DNA from: Deltaproteobacteria bacterium
GTDB taxonomy: Bacteria; Desulfobacterota; Binatia; Binatales; Binataceae
DNA length: 63,170 bases
Reading direction: 5' to 3'
Assembly (NCBI GenBank): GCA_003135855.1
Contig: PNBD01000040.1
Coordinates: 1-63,170, forward strand
Shown: piece by piece, positions 9,871-19,709 of the stretch
How the letters are laid out: the number at the start of each line of letters is the position of its first letter
Numbering within the stretch: position 1 is the stretch's first letter
The notes under the pieces: model-generated
What the model saw: the letters and a program-made list of their open reading frames with translations, nothing else
What the model was told of the DNA's origin: nothing
Databases searched by the model: none
Made by a program: the position numbers and the translations under genes

Positions 9871-10566
9871 ATGAGAATGCGACAGGCGGCGTTGGCGAAA
9901 CCATGGCCGCGAACGTCACGCCCTAACCGCGGCGATGCCACCCGGCAGAAACTGATCGATGCCGCGTTGCAGGTCTTCGGCGATTACGGTTTCGATGGCG
10001 CCAGCACCCGCATGCTGGCGGACGCCGCCGGCGCCAACCTCGCCGCGATTCCCTACTACTTCGGCGGCAAAGAGGGACTGTATCGCGCCGCCGCCCAGTT
10101 CGTGGTCGAGAGCAGCCGCAGCGAGCTGTCTCCCGTCATAGAACAGATCGACCATGCGCTCGCGCAGCGCGCGGTCTCGCGAAAAATGGCCTGCGAGCTC
10201 TTGCACGAACTGCTCGATCGATTCTCTGCGCTCGTGCTCGGCTCGCGCGTGGCCGACACCTGGGCGAGCTTTGTGATGCGCGAGCAGCTACATCCGGGCG
10301 CCGCCTTCGAAATCCTCTACGAAGGAATGATGCGGCGGATTACCACCGCCGCAACCAGGCTGGTGGCAACTATCCAGAAGCGCGCGCCCGACGATCCGCG
10401 GGCAATCATCGCGACCCAGGCAATCCTCGGCCAGGTACTGATTTTTAGCGTGGGCCGCGCGACCGCGCTCAGGACGCTCGGTTGGAAAACATTCTCGCCG
10501 GACCACCTGCGACTCATTCGATCGGTGGTCCGCGAGAACGTTGATCGAATCATGGGTCAGCCATGA
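9871..10566 (+). CDS. TetR/AcrR-family transcriptional regulator
   Basis: 231 aa with the helix-turn-helix 'GFDGASTRMLADAAGANLAAIPYYFGGKEGLY'. It is divergent from the epoxide hydrolase gene and heads the HlyD-MFS operon. Confidence 0.85.
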   Translation: MRMRQAALAKPWPRTSRPNRGDATRQKLIDAALQVFGDYGFDGASTRMLADAAGANLAAIPYYFGGKEGLYRAAAQFVVESSRSELSPVIEQIDHALAQRAVSRKMACELLHELLDRFSALVLGSRVADTWASFVMREQLHPGAAFEILYEGMMRRITTAATRLVATIQKRAPDDPRAIIATQAILGQVLIFSVGRATALRTLGWKTFSPDHLRLIRSVVRENVDRIMGQP

Positions 10567-11741
10567 GCGTCGTCCTTCCCGAGGAGCTCGAAACCCGCAT
10601 CCGTGCGCTTCGCGACCAGGAGCGTTTGCTTGAAGACGAACTCGCGGCGCTGCGAAATGAACCGCCCTCTGAACCCGGCCCCAATGGAGACCCGAATCAC
10701 GACGATACCGCCGCCACCGCGAGATCGCGGCGCAAGCAAGGCTCCGACGGCCATCGCCGGTCCCCGTTCAGTCGCGTGCTGCGATATCTCGCGCTTCTTG
10801 CGATCGTCGTCGCGTTGATAGTTGGCGTCCCGCGCCTGCTGAACTATCTCGATAGCTACGAGTCCACCGATGACGCGCAAATAGACGGCCATATCGCGCC
10901 GATCAGCTCGCGGATCAACGGCACCGTCCTGCGCGTATATGTTCGTGACACCGAGTTCGTAAAGGCCGGCAAACTGCTGGTCGAAGTTGACCCTCGCGAC
11001 GAACAGGCCATCGTCGATACCGCGCGCGCGAACCTCGCCCAGGCAAGAGCGCAGCTCAATGCTGCTAGAGCCGACTACAACGCCGCGTCCAGCCGGATCG
11101 ATGAAGCGCAGGCGGCCGACAACAAGGCGAAAAAAGACGCGGACCGGTACACCTCGCTCGCGGCTCAGCACGTCGTCTCAGACTCCGAATACGACGAGAA
11201 AGTCAGCGCCGCCGAACTCGATGACGCTGCGGTCGAAACCGCCCAGGCGGCCGCCAATTCAGCGAAGACCGCCATTGCCTCTCGCCAGGCGGGGGTAAAC
11301 GCGGCGCAAGCCGCCCTCGATCAGGCCTTGCTCGGTCTCGAATATACGAAGGTCGTCGCCCCAAGCAGCGGAGTGGTTGGAAAGAAAACGGTCGAGGTCG
11401 GACAACGCGTGCAACCCGGACAGCAGTTGCTCGCGATCGTTTCGTTGGACGATATCTGGATCACCGCCAACTTCAAGGAAACGCAGCTTCGTAAGATCAG
11501 GACCGGCCAGCGGGTGACGATCTACGTCGATGCGACCGGCGGAGACTACCGCGGCTACGTCGAAGGACTCGCCGGCGCCAGCGGCGAGAAGTACAGTCTG
11601 CTTCCGCCCGAGAACGCGACCGGCAACTACGTGAAAGTCGTGCAGCGTCTGCCGGTTCGGATTCGTTTGTTCGCTGGCCAGGATACCGACCATCGCCTGC
11701 GGCCGGGGATGTCTGCGTTGCCTTCTGTCTGGATGCGATGA
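10563..11741 (+). CDS. HlyD-family (EmrA-like) membrane fusion protein
   Basis: 392 aa with one N-terminal TM helix, a long coiled-coil (repeated A/Q/E-rich segments) and a barrel-sandwich end 'VVAPSSGVVGKK'. It overlaps both neighbouring genes by 4 nt. Confidence 0.85.
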   Translation: MSVVLPEELETRIRALRDQERLLEDELAALRNEPPSEPGPNGDPNHDDTAATARSRRKQGSDGHRRSPFSRVLRYLALLAIVVALIVGVPRLLNYLDSYESTDDAQIDGHIAPISSRINGTVLRVYVRDTEFVKAGKLLVEVDPRDEQAIVDTARANLAQARAQLNAARADYNAASSRIDEAQAADNKAKKDADRYTSLAAQHVVSDSEYDEKVSAAELDDAAVETAQAAANSAKTAIASRQAGVNAAQAALDQALLGLEYTKVVAPSSGVVGKKTVEVGQRVQPGQQLLAIVSLDDIWITANFKETQLRKIRTGQRVTIYVDATGGDYRGYVEGLAGASGEKYSLLPPENATGNYVKVVQRLPVRIRLFAGQDTDHRLRPGMSALPSVWMR

Positions 11742-13330
11742 GTGCCGCTGTTCCGGGCGCGGCTGTACGCGTCGCACCGCGGCGCAATCCGTGGGCGATC
11801 GCCCTCACCGTCACGCTCGCGACCTTCATGGAGGTGCTCGACACCAGTATCGCGAACGTCGCTCTGCCCCACATCGCCGGCGGGCTCGCATCCAGCGTCG
11901 ATGAGAGCACCTGGGTGCTCACCTCATACCTGGTCGCGAATGCGATGGTGCTGCCGCTGAGCGCTTGGCTGTCCGGACGCCTGGGCCGCAAGAACTTTTA
12001 CATGAGCTGCGTTGCCCTCTTCACCGTAAGTTCTTTTCTCTGTGGAATAGCGCCGACGCTCTCCAGCTTGATTATTTTCCGCGTGATGCAGGGCGCCGGT
12101 GGCGGCGGATTGCAGCCCAGCGAGCAGGCAATCCTGGCCGACACTTTTCCACCTAGTCAGTTCGGAATGGCGTTCGCCGTCTACGGGATGGCGGTAGTTC
12201 TCGCGCCGGTGATCGGACCAACTCTCGGCGGCTTTATCGTTGACCACTTCAGTTGGCGCTGGATTTTCTTGATCAACATACCGATCGGCATCATCTCTCT
12301 AATGCTGTCCTATCGCATGATCGAAGACCCTCCTTACCTCAAGGAACAACGCAAAACGGCGCGCGGCCTAAGTATCGACTACACCGGTCTCGGCTTCGTA
12401 GTCGTTGGCCTCGGCTGTCTGCAATTTGTGCTCGACAAGGGCCAGGAGGACGACTGGTTCGGCTCACACCTGATTATCGTGCTCTCCGCGATCGCCGCGC
12501 TCTCGTTGCTCGCGTTCGTTGTGTGGGAATGGCGCCAGCGCAATCCGATTCTGGACGTTCGGCTCTTTCGCCAGCGCAGCTTCGCAGTCGCAGCGATGAT
12601 GATGTTCGTGCTCGGATTCGGCCTGTATGGAACCACGGTCTTGTTGCCGCTCTATGTGCAACAATTGCTCGGTTACTCGGCGCAAACGGCCGGGATGGTC
12701 CTGTCACCGGGTGGGATTGCGACGATCTGTTCGATGCCACTGGTGGGCTTTCTGATTTCAAGGGTGCAAGCCCGTTGGCTCGCCGCGGTTGGTTTTGCGA
12801 TATCGGCGTGGGCGATGTTTCACATGGCCGGCATAAATCCGAAAATCGACTACCACACCGCCATGATGTACCGCATCTATCAGTCAGTCGGCCTCGCCTT
12901 CCTGTTCGTGCCCATCACTACCATCGCCTATGCCGGAATCCCACAGGCCAAAAACAATCAGGTCTCCAGTATCGTCAACCTGGGCCGCAACCTCGGCGGC
13001 AGTGTTGGGATCGCGATGGTCACAACTATGCTGGCTCGCCGCTCGCAAGCGCATCAGCATCAGTTGATATCCCACCTCTCGGGATACGACCGTCCCGTGC
13101 AGGATGCGCTTAATGGCATGACCGCGATGTTCCAGCAACGCGGATTTGATCCCGCTGGCGCTCTGCAACAGTCCTATGGCCACCTATACGGTCTGCTCCA
13201 GATGCAAGCTGCGGCGCTGGCCTATATCGATGCGATCTGGGTGATGGGCGGCGCCGCGTTATGCATGATCCCGCTGGTGCTGCTACTCAAGAAGAACGAC
13301 CCCCGCACAGCTAGTGCCATGGCTCATTGA
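11738..13330 (+). CDS. MFS transporter, DHA2 (EmrB/QacA) 14-TMS drug efflux type
   Basis: 530 aa. It has 'LATFMEVLDTSIANVALPHI' and 'GRLGRKN', and the hydrophobicity pattern is consistent with 14 TM helices. Confidence 0.9.
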   Translation: MSAAVPGAAVRVAPRRNPWAIALTVTLATFMEVLDTSIANVALPHIAGGLASSVDESTWVLTSYLVANAMVLPLSAWLSGRLGRKNFYMSCVALFTVSSFLCGIAPTLSSLIIFRVMQGAGGGGLQPSEQAILADTFPPSQFGMAFAVYGMAVVLAPVIGPTLGGFIVDHFSWRWIFLINIPIGIISLMLSYRMIEDPPYLKEQRKTARGLSIDYTGLGFVVVGLGCLQFVLDKGQEDDWFGSHLIIVLSAIAALSLLAFVVWEWRQRNPILDVRLFRQRSFAVAAMMMFVLGFGLYGTTVLLPLYVQQLLGYSAQTAGMVLSPGGIATICSMPLVGFLISRVQARWLAAVGFAISAWAMFHMAGINPKIDYHTAMMYRIYQSVGLAFLFVPITTIAYAGIPQAKNNQVSSIVNLGRNLGGSVGIAMVTTMLARRSQAHQHQLISHLSGYDRPVQDALNGMTAMFQQRGFDPAGALQQSYGHLYGLLQMQAAALAYIDAIWVMGGAALCMIPLVLLLKKNDPRTASAMAH

Positions 13331-13487
13331 CGCCATTGATCATTGATAGGATCGATCTCGCTGTTACACGCAACACTTAGCTAGGTGTGCCAGAGAATTT
13401 GAGGTTCGCTCAAGAGCCATCGTAGGCACTCACTCAGGTGCGCCGTGCGAAGCGACTACTACACCCGCAGACACCTAACGCACCTCG

Positions 13488-14102
13488 TCAGCGTCCTGGC
13501 GTGCGGCGGAAGGTCCAGAACCGGACGCCACTGCTGCCGGCCTCTTCGCCGTTCACGATCATTTCGAAGCCCTCTTTCAGATAGAAGGCAACGTTGCGCT
13601 GGTTCTCGGTCTCGAGATAGCAAGCTAGCCGCTCGGCGTCGGCGCGCTCGATCACCGGCCGCATCAATGCGCCACCGAGTCCGCGCCGCTGACGGCTCGG
13701 CTCGACTCCGAGCAGGAACAGGTACCAGCAAGCTATGGTCATGTCGCGCTCGCGCGCCTGCCACTCACGTCCGACCACTTCGCGATATCGCTGATACGCG
13801 TCGTCGCCAATGACGGTCGCGAGCTGGTGCATCCCCGACGCTTCGAGATTCTCGCGCGTCCATTTCGCATTCGGCGGTAGCCAGAGCGCGACGCCCTCGA
13901 GCGCGCCTGCGGTCACGTAAACTTCACCAGCGAGAAATCCGAAGCGAATCATCCTCGCGTACACGTCGGGGAGCAGTCGCGCGCGTTCCGACGGGTCGGG
14001 GATGGCGTACACCATCAGCGGATCGTCGTGGAACGCACGCGCGAGCGTCGCCGCGGCCGCGGGTATTTGCGAGCCGGTGAGTCTTACAGGGTTCGCACTC
14101 AC
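13488..14102 (-). CDS. GNAT-family N-acetyltransferase
   Basis: 204 aa with the acetyl-CoA motif A 'RQRRGLGGALMRPVIERA'. Confidence 0.75.
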   Translation of the reverse strand: MSANPVRLTGSQIPAAAATLARAFHDDPLMVYAIPDPSERARLLPDVYARMIRFGFLAGEVYVTAGALEGVALWLPPNAKWTRENLEASGMHQLATVIGDDAYQRYREVVGREWQARERDMTIACWYLFLLGVEPSRQRRGLGGALMRPVIERADAERLACYLETENQRNVAFYLKEGFEMIVNGEEAGSSGVRFWTFRRTPGR

Positions 14103-14109
14103 GCCTGCA

Positions 14110-15309
14110 TTATTGGGCGCACGCTCCAGCGAGACTGCACACCGCGACGCTTCTGCGGCCTTCGCGAAGATCGTTGCGGTCGAACCCGTTGGTCAGATAG
14201 CCGAACGAGATTCCGCTCGCCGGATCCGCCCATCCGATCTGTCCGCCGAAACCCGGATGACCAAAAGCTTCCGCCGAGTTGGTGCGTCCGAAGCCGCGCA
14301 GATTCGCCTTGCCGTCACCGCCCGCGATCACGATACCGAGTGCCCGATTCGCCGTGATGCCGCGCGCCGTATCTATCAACTCGCCGCTGCGGATGCGCCG
14401 TGCCTCGCGCAGCATCTCCGATTGCCAGATACGCTTGCCAGTCTGCGCTTTGCCGTCGTTGAGCAACGCCTGGTAGAAGAGCGCGATATCGCCCGCCGTC
14501 GTCATCAGGCCCCCGGCCGGAAAATCCGTCTCGCGCATATCTGGATCGTTCATCTCGAGCACCGCATCTTCGGTGATCGAGCCAAGATTGGCGCGCGGAG
14601 GCGTGATGCCGAGCTTCTGATACTCCTCGTCCTTGGCCGCTTCGCCGACCCATTTCACGTCGGCCATCCTTGGCTGGATTGATCGCGGCAGACCGATTCG
14701 CAGATCGGGCAACCCGAGCGGTTCCGCGATTCTCATCCGTACGAAATCGCCGAGGCGCTCTCCCGTGATTCGCTCGATCGCCTCCGCGATCGGCCAGTAG
14801 TTCGCGTGGATGTGGTAAAAGAACTTCTCGCCCGGCACATTCACCGGACGCCACTGCGCGAACCGCTCCAGCCGCCGCTTGCGATCGCCCCAATCCTTGA
14901 ACGAGCCCGGCGCAGTCGGGATGCCGGCGGTGTGAATCAACAGATGTTCGATGGTCGTCGATTCCTTGCCGTTGGTCCCGTACTCAGGCACGTACTTGAC
15001 GATCTTGTCGGCCGGACTGATTTTTCCTTCCTGGATGAGAAGCCAGAGCGCCGACGAGGTGATTGCCTTGGTCGCCGACATCGCCACGAAAACGGTTTCG
15101 TCGGTCGCCGGCTTTTCCACGCCGCCCTGCACCGCACGGCCGAAAGTCTTCATCGCCGCGATTTTGCCGTTGCGCGCGATCGCCACCTGACACGCGGGTA
15201 GAACTCCGTCCTTCACATCGCGCTCGGCGCGATCCATCAGTGCTTGTACCTTGTCCGGATTAAGACCTACTTCGGTTGCACTGTCAGCGAGGAATTTTTC
15301 GGCAATCAT
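14110..15309 (-). CDS. beta-lactamase-fold serine hydrolase
   Basis: 399 aa with the S-x-x-K motif 'SATKAITS'. A GGAGAA ribosome-binding site precedes the ATG at 15309. Confidence 0.85.
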   Translation of the reverse strand: MIAEKFLADSATEVGLNPDKVQALMDRAERDVKDGVLPACQVAIARNGKIAAMKTFGRAVQGGVEKPATDETVFVAMSATKAITSSALWLLIQEGKISPADKIVKYVPEYGTNGKESTTIEHLLIHTAGIPTAPGSFKDWGDRKRRLERFAQWRPVNVPGEKFFYHIHANYWPIAEAIERITGERLGDFVRMRIAEPLGLPDLRIGLPRSIQPRMADVKWVGEAAKDEEYQKLGITPPRANLGSITEDAVLEMNDPDMRETDFPAGGLMTTAGDIALFYQALLNDGKAQTGKRIWQSEMLREARRIRSGELIDTARGITANRALGIVIAGGDGKANLRGFGRTNSAEAFGHPGFGGQIGWADPASGISFGYLTNGFDRNDLREGRRSVAVCSLAGACAQ

Positions 15310-15334
15310 CGCCTGTTCTCCTTTGTCGCAATTG

Positions 15335-15358
15335 GTGCGTGATTAGATAATCGTGCAC
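15335..15358. promoter_or_regulatory. imperfect 24-bp inverted repeat upstream of the serine hydrolase gene
   Basis: GTGCGTGATT-AGAT-AATCGTGCAC, with 8 of 10 arm positions complementary. It lies 26-49 nt upstream of the start codon at 15309. Confidence 0.25.
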
Positions 15359-15438
15359 AAAACCCGCAGTTACTGCGCCTCGCGTCCCGCGCAGCACGAC
15401 TTCTCTCGGTCCTACTTAGACCTGCACTTGACGAAAAC

Positions 15439-15810
15439 TCAGGCGGCGCGACGCGGACGACGCACGTCCTTCGCCATCACCTTCTCGGCGACCGGCGTGA
15501 AGATGAAGGCCCCAACGTTCTTCATATCGATCGCGTCGCTCGGCACGATCTCGGGTGTTCCGCCGCGCGCGCGCAGGTCTTTGAGCACGCCCGCAAGGTC
15601 GTCGGTCTCGATCTCATAGAGCGCCAGGTACTTATGCGTCTTGCTCGCCTCGCCACCCATCTGCGCGTCCGCGATGCGGAACCGCTGCCCACTGACGAAG
15701 CCGGGCACGTTGAGTACGTCCGGAATATGTTGCTGGTTGTACCATTCGTTGAACTCGGACTCTTTGCCCGCAGTCGGATTAGTCATCACGACGAACGTAT
15801 ACTTGGCCAT
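15439..15810 (-). CDS. small dimeric alpha/beta-barrel-like protein (EthD/DUF4286-like); function unknown
   Basis: ORF 15439-15858 with the start set at ATG 15810, preceded by GGAGGG. The segment 'FNEWYNQQHIPDVLNVPGFVSGQRF' resembles the EthD/DUF4286 style. Confidence 0.6.
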   Translation of the reverse strand: MAKYTFVVMTNPTAGKESEFNEWYNQQHIPDVLNVPGFVSGQRFRIADAQMGGEASKTHKYLALYEIETDDLAGVLKDLRARGGTPEIVPSDAIDMKNVGAFIFTPVAEKVMAKDVRRPRRAA

Positions 15811-15928
15811 CTGCGACCCTCCTCGCTCTGATGTTGAGGCGCCCACTTTCAGCGCCACTCTTAAGGGATACTAGTCCCACGATCCGCAAGTCGTCCATCG
15901 GAAACTCAAGCTCTGGACCTTTCGGCAG

Positions 15929-16852
15929 TTATTTCTCGCCGAGCGCCCAGGTCTTGATGAGATGATGAGCGATCGCGATCGGCGGCGGCACCCGTAAACC
16001 ATCCAGCTCTTTTCCCTTGATCAGCTCGCGCGCGACTCGCCGCTCGATCCAGCGCACTTCGGCGAGCTCGTTCTCGTCCACCTTTGCGTCGCGGCTTTCG
16101 GCCTTCGCGAAACATCCGATCATCAGCGAGGAGGGAAACGGCCACGGCTGCGTCGCGTAGTAAGTTACCTCGCCCACTTTCACGGAAGCTTCCTCCATCA
16201 GTTCGCGCCGCACTGCTTCCTCGATCGTTTCGCCGGGCTCGACAAAGCCTGCCAGCGCGGAGAACATCCCGGGCGGAAACTGCTTGCCGCGTCCCACCAG
16301 GCACGCCTCACCGTCGGTCGCGAGCATGATGACCACTGGATCGACGCGCGGAAAATGTTCGGCGTTGCACTTGGCGCAGAGGCGCCGGTAACCCGCGTCC
16401 ATCACCTTGGTCGGCGCGCCGCAGCCCGGGCAGAAGCCGTGCCGCCGATGCCAATCGATCATGGCCTTCGCCTGCGCGATGATTGCGGCGTCCTTCATCG
16501 AGACCATCGATCCCGCCATACGGGCGTCACGGAAATAGCCGAGCCCGGCGAGCGGTCCCACGTTTGCCGGGTCGCCGGATGCCGACACGTCAAGCGCAAA
16601 CACGGCCGTGTCGTCATCGAGACCTAGAAAGATGCACGGCGCGTCTGCATCCGCGAGCGAATCCGCAATTCCTGGCCGCACCAGGCCAAGCTCGATCGGA
16701 GGCTCCGACTTTTCCGGCCCAAGCAGAAACGGCTCGAGGCGCCACATCGGAAGTACCAGCGACGACGGATCGCGCCGTTTCGACTCGATCCAGTTTGAAT
16801 CGGTGCGCTTCTCACTCGCGCGATTAAGGGGATTGCCGGCAAATGGAATCAT
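15929..16852 (-). CDS. nudC: NAD(+) diphosphatase (NADH pyrophosphatase)
   Basis: 307 aa. It has the zinc ribbon 'CPGCGAPTKVMDAGYRRLCAKCNAEHFPR', the Nudix box 'GFVEPGETIEEAVRRELMEEASV' and the NudC signature 'TQPWPFPSS'. Confidence 0.85.
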   Translation of the reverse strand: MIPFAGNPLNRASEKRTDSNWIESKRRDPSSLVLPMWRLEPFLLGPEKSEPPIELGLVRPGIADSLADADAPCIFLGLDDDTAVFALDVSASGDPANVGPLAGLGYFRDARMAGSMVSMKDAAIIAQAKAMIDWHRRHGFCPGCGAPTKVMDAGYRRLCAKCNAEHFPRVDPVVIMLATDGEACLVGRGKQFPPGMFSALAGFVEPGETIEEAVRRELMEEASVKVGEVTYYATQPWPFPSSLMIGCFAKAESRDAKVDENELAEVRWIERRVARELIKGKELDGLRVPPPIAIAHHLIKTWALGEK

Positions 16853-16967
16853 TCAGCCTCTCCGCGGCAACTCCATGTATGGCTGTCCGTGTCATAGTAA
16901 GCTCGACTGTCGGGTGCATAGGCCATAGGAGTTCCTCCGCTTCAATTCCTTTATCAGTAGATTGGCG

Positions 16968-17002
16968 GATGCGGAAGCTAATCCAGGCGATGCGGAAGCT
17001 AA
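16968..17002. repeat. direct repeat GATGCGGAAGCTAA x2 with 21-bp period in the nudC-waaA intergenic region
   Basis: Identical 14-mers lie at 16968-16981 and 16989-17002. Confidence 0.6.
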
Positions 17003-17178
17003 CCGAGTAACAGCGTCCGCTGAGTCGAAACGCGCTATCGCTATTGACGGCCATTTCACGCGGTGGCTAAGGTACCCCAACATTTTGAGGGCAGAAATTA
17101 TTGCGGAATGTCTCGATCGTGAGATCGTGCACACCGCCTTGATATCGCAGCGGCGATGAGGACGAATCGAGCACCGGT

Positions 17179-18459
17179 ATGCGTCCCTCGATCACGATTC
17201 TCGAGCGCATCTACGAACGGTTGAGCCCTGTCGCCTTCGGACCTGCGGCAATCGTCGCGCGCGCCACCGGCGTCTCGCGGTCCGAGATAATGGAAAGGAT
17301 GGGCGTGCTGCCAGAGACCAGCGGTCCCGCACTTTGGTTCCATGGCGCGTCGGCCGGCGAGATGGCCGCCGGGACCGAACTCGCTGCACTGCTGCGCGCC
17401 TGCGGCTTCAACTTCACCGCGTGTTACACGGCCACCAATCGCGCCGGTGTTCAATTCGTGCGACGCACCGCGGCTGCGCCCAATCTGGGCGCGCTGGTTC
17501 CCTGGGACGTTCGGCGATGGGTCGCGCGCGCCTACGATCGCTGGCATCCGTCGGCGTTGTTTCTGGTCGAAACCGAACTCTGGCCGCAACTGGTGCTGGA
17601 GGGAATCCGCCGCGGCATCCCGGTCTTCTCGGTAAGCGCGCGAATCTATCCGCGCGACGTTGTTCTGTATCGCGCGATTGGCGGATTCATCGGAAGCACG
17701 CTGCGGCGCATCACCGCGATCCTTGCGCAGAACGAAACCGAACGTCGGCGCTTCCTCGCGCTCGGCGCGGATCCTGCGCGATGCATCGTTGCGGGCAATC
17801 TGAAACATATCGCGATGCCTCGTGGAAATGCGACGCCTCGCGGAAGTGATCGCGGCGCGCTCTCGCGTGAGGCGCTCGGCATCAATCCTCACGATCGCGT
17901 GATCGTGTTCGGCAGCGTTCACGACGATGAAATCGAGATGGTGCTCTCGACGCTCCTGATGCTCGAGGCGGACGGCCTGCGCGCGATCGTAGCGCCGCGT
18001 CACGTTCAATCGGCGGCGGCGATCGCGAATCGGCATCGCGATATCAAGATGACGCTCCGCTCGCGCGATTCGCGTGAAGATTGGCGCATCATGATCCTCG
18101 ATACGATGGGTGAACTCCGCGCCGCATACGCACTCGCGGATTTGGCGATCGTCGGCGGAGGATTCAAAAGGCACGGCGGACACAATCCATACGAGCCGGT
18201 GTTCGCCGGAACTCCAGTGATGTTCGGGATGCACTTCGATCACTTCGAGGATGAATCTCGCGCCTTGTACCGCGTCACGCCCAAAGCGCGGATTCATACG
18301 GCCGCCGAGATGGCGACGCGAATCCGTGAATGGCTGCGCGACGAGTCCACACGCCGCCGGGTGCTCGATGCGCAAAGTTCGATACTGCCCGACGGTGCGA
18401 AAATTGGTGAGCGCTACGCATCGGCACTCATCCCCTGGATGCAAGCGAGATTTGCATGA
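17179..18459 (+). CDS. waaA: 3-deoxy-D-manno-octulosonic acid (Kdo) transferase
   Basis: 426 aa with 'LWFHGASAGEM' and 'FLVETELWPQLV', both hallmark KdtA/WaaA motifs. Confidence 0.85.
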   Translation: MRPSITILERIYERLSPVAFGPAAIVARATGVSRSEIMERMGVLPETSGPALWFHGASAGEMAAGTELAALLRACGFNFTACYTATNRAGVQFVRRTAAAPNLGALVPWDVRRWVARAYDRWHPSALFLVETELWPQLVLEGIRRGIPVFSVSARIYPRDVVLYRAIGGFIGSTLRRITAILAQNETERRRFLALGADPARCIVAGNLKHIAMPRGNATPRGSDRGALSREALGINPHDRVIVFGSVHDDEIEMVLSTLLMLEADGLRAIVAPRHVQSAAAIANRHRDIKMTLRSRDSREDWRIMILDTMGELRAAYALADLAIVGGGFKRHGGHNPYEPVFAGTPVMFGMHFDHFEDESRALYRVTPKARIHTAAEMATRIREWLRDESTRRRVLDAQSSILPDGAKIGERYASALIPWMQARFA

Positions 18460-19709
18460 ACGCCAACGGCCGCCACCAATCGATCTGCCTGATCGCATGG
18501 GAGGTCTCCGGCGATCAGAATGCGGGTCGGCTGGCGGCGGAGATTCGGCGCATCGCGCCCGAGGTGCGGCTGTTCGGCGCGGGCGGACGCCAGATGACCG
18601 CGGCGGGCGTCGATGTTCAGGAGCAAACCACTGACACGCACTTCATGGGCGTGCCCGAATCGTTGGCCGCGATCAAAAAACAGATCGGTGTATTTCGGCG
18701 CGTGATGAAACTCGCCATCGCGGCCACGCCGGACCTCGTCGTGCTGGTCGATAACGAGACCACCAACCTGCTGCTCGCCCGACAATTGCGCCGGCGCGGG
18801 CTGCGTGTCGTATTCTTTTTTCCGCCGCAGGTGTGGTTCTGGGGACGATGGCGGATACCGCGCGTGGTCAGGCTCGCGCGGCGAGTCATTTCGGCGTTCC
18901 GCGAAGAGGCGCAACTCTATCGCGACGCGGGCGCCGACGTAGTCTGGGCCGGACATCCGCTCAGCGACGAAGTGTCGGTGCCCCCGGACGCTGCGCGCCA
19001 CGTGCGCGCGATCGGTCTCGACCCGGCTCGCCCGATCGTCGCGATCATGCCGGGCAGCCGCGCTCAGGAGGTGCGCGCATTGGCGCCCGCGATGCTCGAC
19101 GCGGCGCGTATGTTGCACAACTACGATCCGCGGCTGCAATTCGCGCTGCCGCTGGCGAACCCGTCCCTGCGCGATGAAATCGAGCGTGCGCTCGCGCGAA
19201 GCGGCGTGCGCGAGGTCGCAATCTACGAGCCGCGCTCTTATGCGGTCCTCAGCCAGGCGCGCGCGGTGCTGCTATGCAGTGGCACCGCCGCGATGGAAAC
19301 CGCGCTGTTGGGAATCCCGTCGGTGGTCGCGTATCGGTGCAATCCGATCGCTTACTTCGTCGCGACCCGTCTGATGCACGTGCGATTTATCAGCATCGTC
19401 AACATCCTGCTCGGCGAGATGGTGCAGCCGGAGTTTTTCCAACGCAATGTTGACGGCCGGCATCTGTTCGAGGCGCTGTCATCGCTGATCTACGATGAAG
19501 AGCAACGCGCGGCCGCGCGGCTGCGCCTGGAAGCGGTCAAGGCGAAGCTCGGGCCGGCGGGCGCATCGTTTCGCGCGGCGGAAGCCGTCGTCGATCTTCT
19601 CGCGCCCGGCGCCGAAATTCTTCACGTGAAAGACGAAATCGCTACCGCAGTGCGCGATCCGAGCGTTCGAACAGAATCAGACGCTCACGGCGTCCCTTTG
19701 AATAGTTGA
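18456..19709 (+). CDS. lpxB: lipid-A-disaccharide synthase
   Basis: 417 aa. 'CLIAWEVSGDQNAGRLAAEIRRIAPEVRLFGAGGRQMTAAGV' matches the LpxB N-terminal AGE(A)SGD...GxGGxxM pattern. It overlaps waaA by 4 nt. Confidence 0.85.
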   Translation: MNANGRHQSICLIAWEVSGDQNAGRLAAEIRRIAPEVRLFGAGGRQMTAAGVDVQEQTTDTHFMGVPESLAAIKKQIGVFRRVMKLAIAATPDLVVLVDNETTNLLLARQLRRRGLRVVFFFPPQVWFWGRWRIPRVVRLARRVISAFREEAQLYRDAGADVVWAGHPLSDEVSVPPDAARHVRAIGLDPARPIVAIMPGSRAQEVRALAPAMLDAARMLHNYDPRLQFALPLANPSLRDEIERALARSGVREVAIYEPRSYAVLSQARAVLLCSGTAAMETALLGIPSVVAYRCNPIAYFVATRLMHVRFISIVNILLGEMVQPEFFQRNVDGRHLFEALSSLIYDEEQRAAARLRLEAVKAKLGPAGASFRAAEAVVDLLAPGAEILHVKDEIATAVRDPSVRTESDAHGVPLNS

